DNA of 64,000 nucleotides from Orbicella franksi (Eukaryota): NCBI GenBank assembly GCA_964199315.1, contig OZ116702.1, positions 5,084,001 to 5,148,000 of the forward strand, read 5' to 3'. Shown piece by piece: positions 61,544 to 64,000 of this stretch (position 1 is its first letter; each line of letters starts with the position of its first letter). The notes under the pieces were generated by a model. It saw only the letters and a program-made list of their open reading frames with translations, ran no database searches and was not told where the DNA came from. The position numbers and the translations under genes were made by a program.

Positions 61544-64000
61544 TCATGTCATGTCCCCACCCTGGAGAGTCTGAAGTACTAAGGACAAAACACTTTCATA
61601 ACCCAGAACAATACACTGACCATCCCCAACGGGATGTACCGCTGTCACCTGCAAAAAAGAAATAAGGATTATTAGGCTCATCATGTCTCGGTTTTGAAAA
61701 CTGAAAAACACATTTTCGCCCGTCGCATTCGGGTACAAATACGGCGGTTTTACCTGTAATGTTTCGGAAGAAAATCGCTACTTGATATAGGCCCCACCCT
61801 TGTAAATTATTAGGATCCTGGAGGCAGTTTTACTTCTGCCATTATGAAGATCGAGTTGTCTTGTAATTTATGTCATTTCAGGATGCTCAGAGCCTTTTCA
61901 GTTTAAAATATGTTTTAAAAGTTCCACCGCGCAGTACTCAGTTCTTTATTTTTCACAGCAAAATTACCTTGAAAATATAAGTCCGACCCCACAATCTTAT
62001 TACCCAAAAATAAGCAGAGACTTCAGAGAAAAGCGACAAGATGTATTTCTTGCTGCCTTGCCCTGCCCTGAACAGGCCATTTACAAGTTCCCTGATGCCT
62101 CAGTTTCAAAACGAGTCTTCGTACAAAACCATTTAGATGAAATGAGTTTAATTTGCATGAAAATGAACCTGTAACACGAACATATTTTCATATGAATAGT
62201 TTCGCTCGAAGAATCGTTTGACACAGAGGGAAAAAGAAATTCGAAAATGCTCTATTGAGTTTTAGTATAACCCAACTAGTGGACTAATGTAAAACCTGCA
62301 TTTTAATTGGCTACGCTACCAGAAGACTATTAGTAATAGTCCTCGAGCAGAGAAAGTGACGCCATCGAGCGTGACGCTTTCTTTCGTTTTATTCCCAAAT
62401 AGATATTTCTTCAACTTGCATTTGCTAACTTTATTATTACCTTTCCTGTCCTGGCGAGCTACGGGTCTAATTATTAACTAGTGCATCGAAGGGTTACCCA
62501 GCATTCAATTCGCCCGTACCCATCAAACACCTGGGAAACAGAACTAACCACAAGGCCATTTATTTCTTGGCGCGGTTTGGTAAATAGAGACCTTTAAAAT
62601 TAATACTACATCCAAGTCTTTCACCTTATCTGTCGTGAAGATGGCTTTTTGAGCGTCCGCTTTCATGTCTCACATGATCAGTGTCTTCCGCCTCATAGGA
62701 CACCGCCAAGTTCCCTTCTATCGCGATGACGTCAATTCGACGATTGCTGAAATGGCTGCTGGGAAAAATATGAAGGGCGGTCCCTAAAAAGCGTGACAAA
62801 ACATGAATAAGTTTGGTAAAAGAAACACGTTACCGTGTCTAACCTTCAAAGATTGTCCGTGATTGAGAACAACCCAAGCTAAAGAAGTCTATTCCCTGGG
62901 ACAATTTTAAATTTTACCCATTTCTCTATCATCATCTCAACCGTAACGAAGAATTTTATCATGGGCCGGCTCTGGGATAATAGACTGCCTAAGGTCGCAA
63001 GTTACCCCAAGCCTTTGTTTTGATTGAAATACGCCAACGAAATTTGAAAACCCAGTTTCATTTCTACGGTTAGACCTACCGTCCACACTAATCCGTCACG
63101 AAAGCGGAGCTTTTCGAAAACGCTCTTCAAACTGGAGAAATTTGAAAATCCCGGCATTACGTTTTCGTGTGGACGGAAAACATTTTGAAAACGAAGCCTT
63201 TCGATAACAATGGCGTCGCGATAATTATGTGATTTCCCTGACCGAGCTTTCCTCAAACACAAATACAAAATGACCGCTGATTGTTGCGTTTTCAAATTCC
63301 TCCGACGTTATGTGGACGGGACCTTAGCAACATCCCTGGAGCCGAACAGACAACCTCTGAATTTTTACCCGTAATACGGGACGTTCCTCCTTTGGCCATG
63401 TTGGCGAATATATAAGACGAGTCTTCATGGTTTGTTGCCCCACTTCAGACCATGTGATGATACTCTTGGGAATTCGTTCTTTAAAATTTTCAAATAGTCG
63501 CGTGGATATGAATGAAGAATTTTTATATGTGTACTGAAGAAAAATTCTCTAGGGAATATCACGCGGTCTGAAATTGGCAAACAAACCACCCAAGCTAAAG
63601 AGGTCTATTATGTAAAACCCACTGGCAAGTCTGATGTACTCTAGTGCCATGCGTTAAGAACAAAAGAGATTTTGAGAATTTCTTACTTGACTGTACTTGA
63701 GAACTTTCGTAAATCAATATTCTGGTCGCACCTCTTGGAATGTTCCAACAATTTATGTTCAAGTCCTTGTGAGCCGTCACAACACGATTGTTGTCCATTA
63801 CAGCCAAGGAAATGGCGTCGGTATCATTCGCATATCCCAAGTCAGACGAAAGCTTTCCTTTTCTGCGATTTTTTTCGTCAAGTGCGAGGGCGACCTCTAC
63901 TTTTTGCCTTTCCCCAGCCTCACCCCCTTGCGTTTTGGCTTGTTCATATCTCACGTGCCTGGTTAATATTTTGCTGAGCTTGCGATCAAGATTCTCCATA
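61544..64000 (-). pseudogene. Decayed WD40-repeat exons, plausibly the C-terminus of another NWD-like paralog beyond the window edge
   Basis: DAISLAVMDNNRVVTAHKDLNINCWNI (~63750-63850); GCLFGSRD (~63320); TLIM*DMK..FTTDKVKDLDV (~62600-62700); acceptor then VTAVHPVGDGQCIVLGYE (~61650). Stops and frameshifts are present, and a dispersed repeat is inserted at ~63000-63325. Confidence 0.55.

Overview
Eukaryotic, AT-rich, intron-containing animal DNA. The repeat landscape and genes suggest a cnidarian, probably a stony coral (inference). Main contents, left to right. (1) 15-7775: a degenerate NACHT/WD40 (NWD1/NWD2-like) gene on the minus strand with an internal tandem duplication. (2) 8762-28821: a 15-exon minus-strand gene that the ORF track shows only as fragments. 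Exon 1 is followed by seven tandem pairs of a 46-nt micro-exon and a large Ser/Pro/Thr-rich exon. All splice phases match, giving one uninterrupted 7872-nt CDS (2623 aa) with 12 copies of a ~175-190-aa repeat. (3) 29616-36886: a full-length BEL/Pao LTR retrotransposon with a nonsense codon at the Y of the RT YVDD motif. (4) 38561-41895: a partial, decayed copy of DDX46/Prp5. (5) 42828-49813: two adjacent Ty3/Gypsy elements with reciprocal deletions, one an in-frame Gag-integrase fusion and one lacking the integrase core. (6) 55748-57145: an intronless secreted protein with six 4-Cys modules, a Cys-flanked KR site and an unassigned C-terminal domain. (7) 61544-64000: decayed WD40 exons. MITEs, a tRNA-derived SINE and microsatellites are scattered throughout. 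No CRISPR array, rRNA or genuine tRNA gene was seen. All family assignments come from motif recognition by eye, not from database searches.
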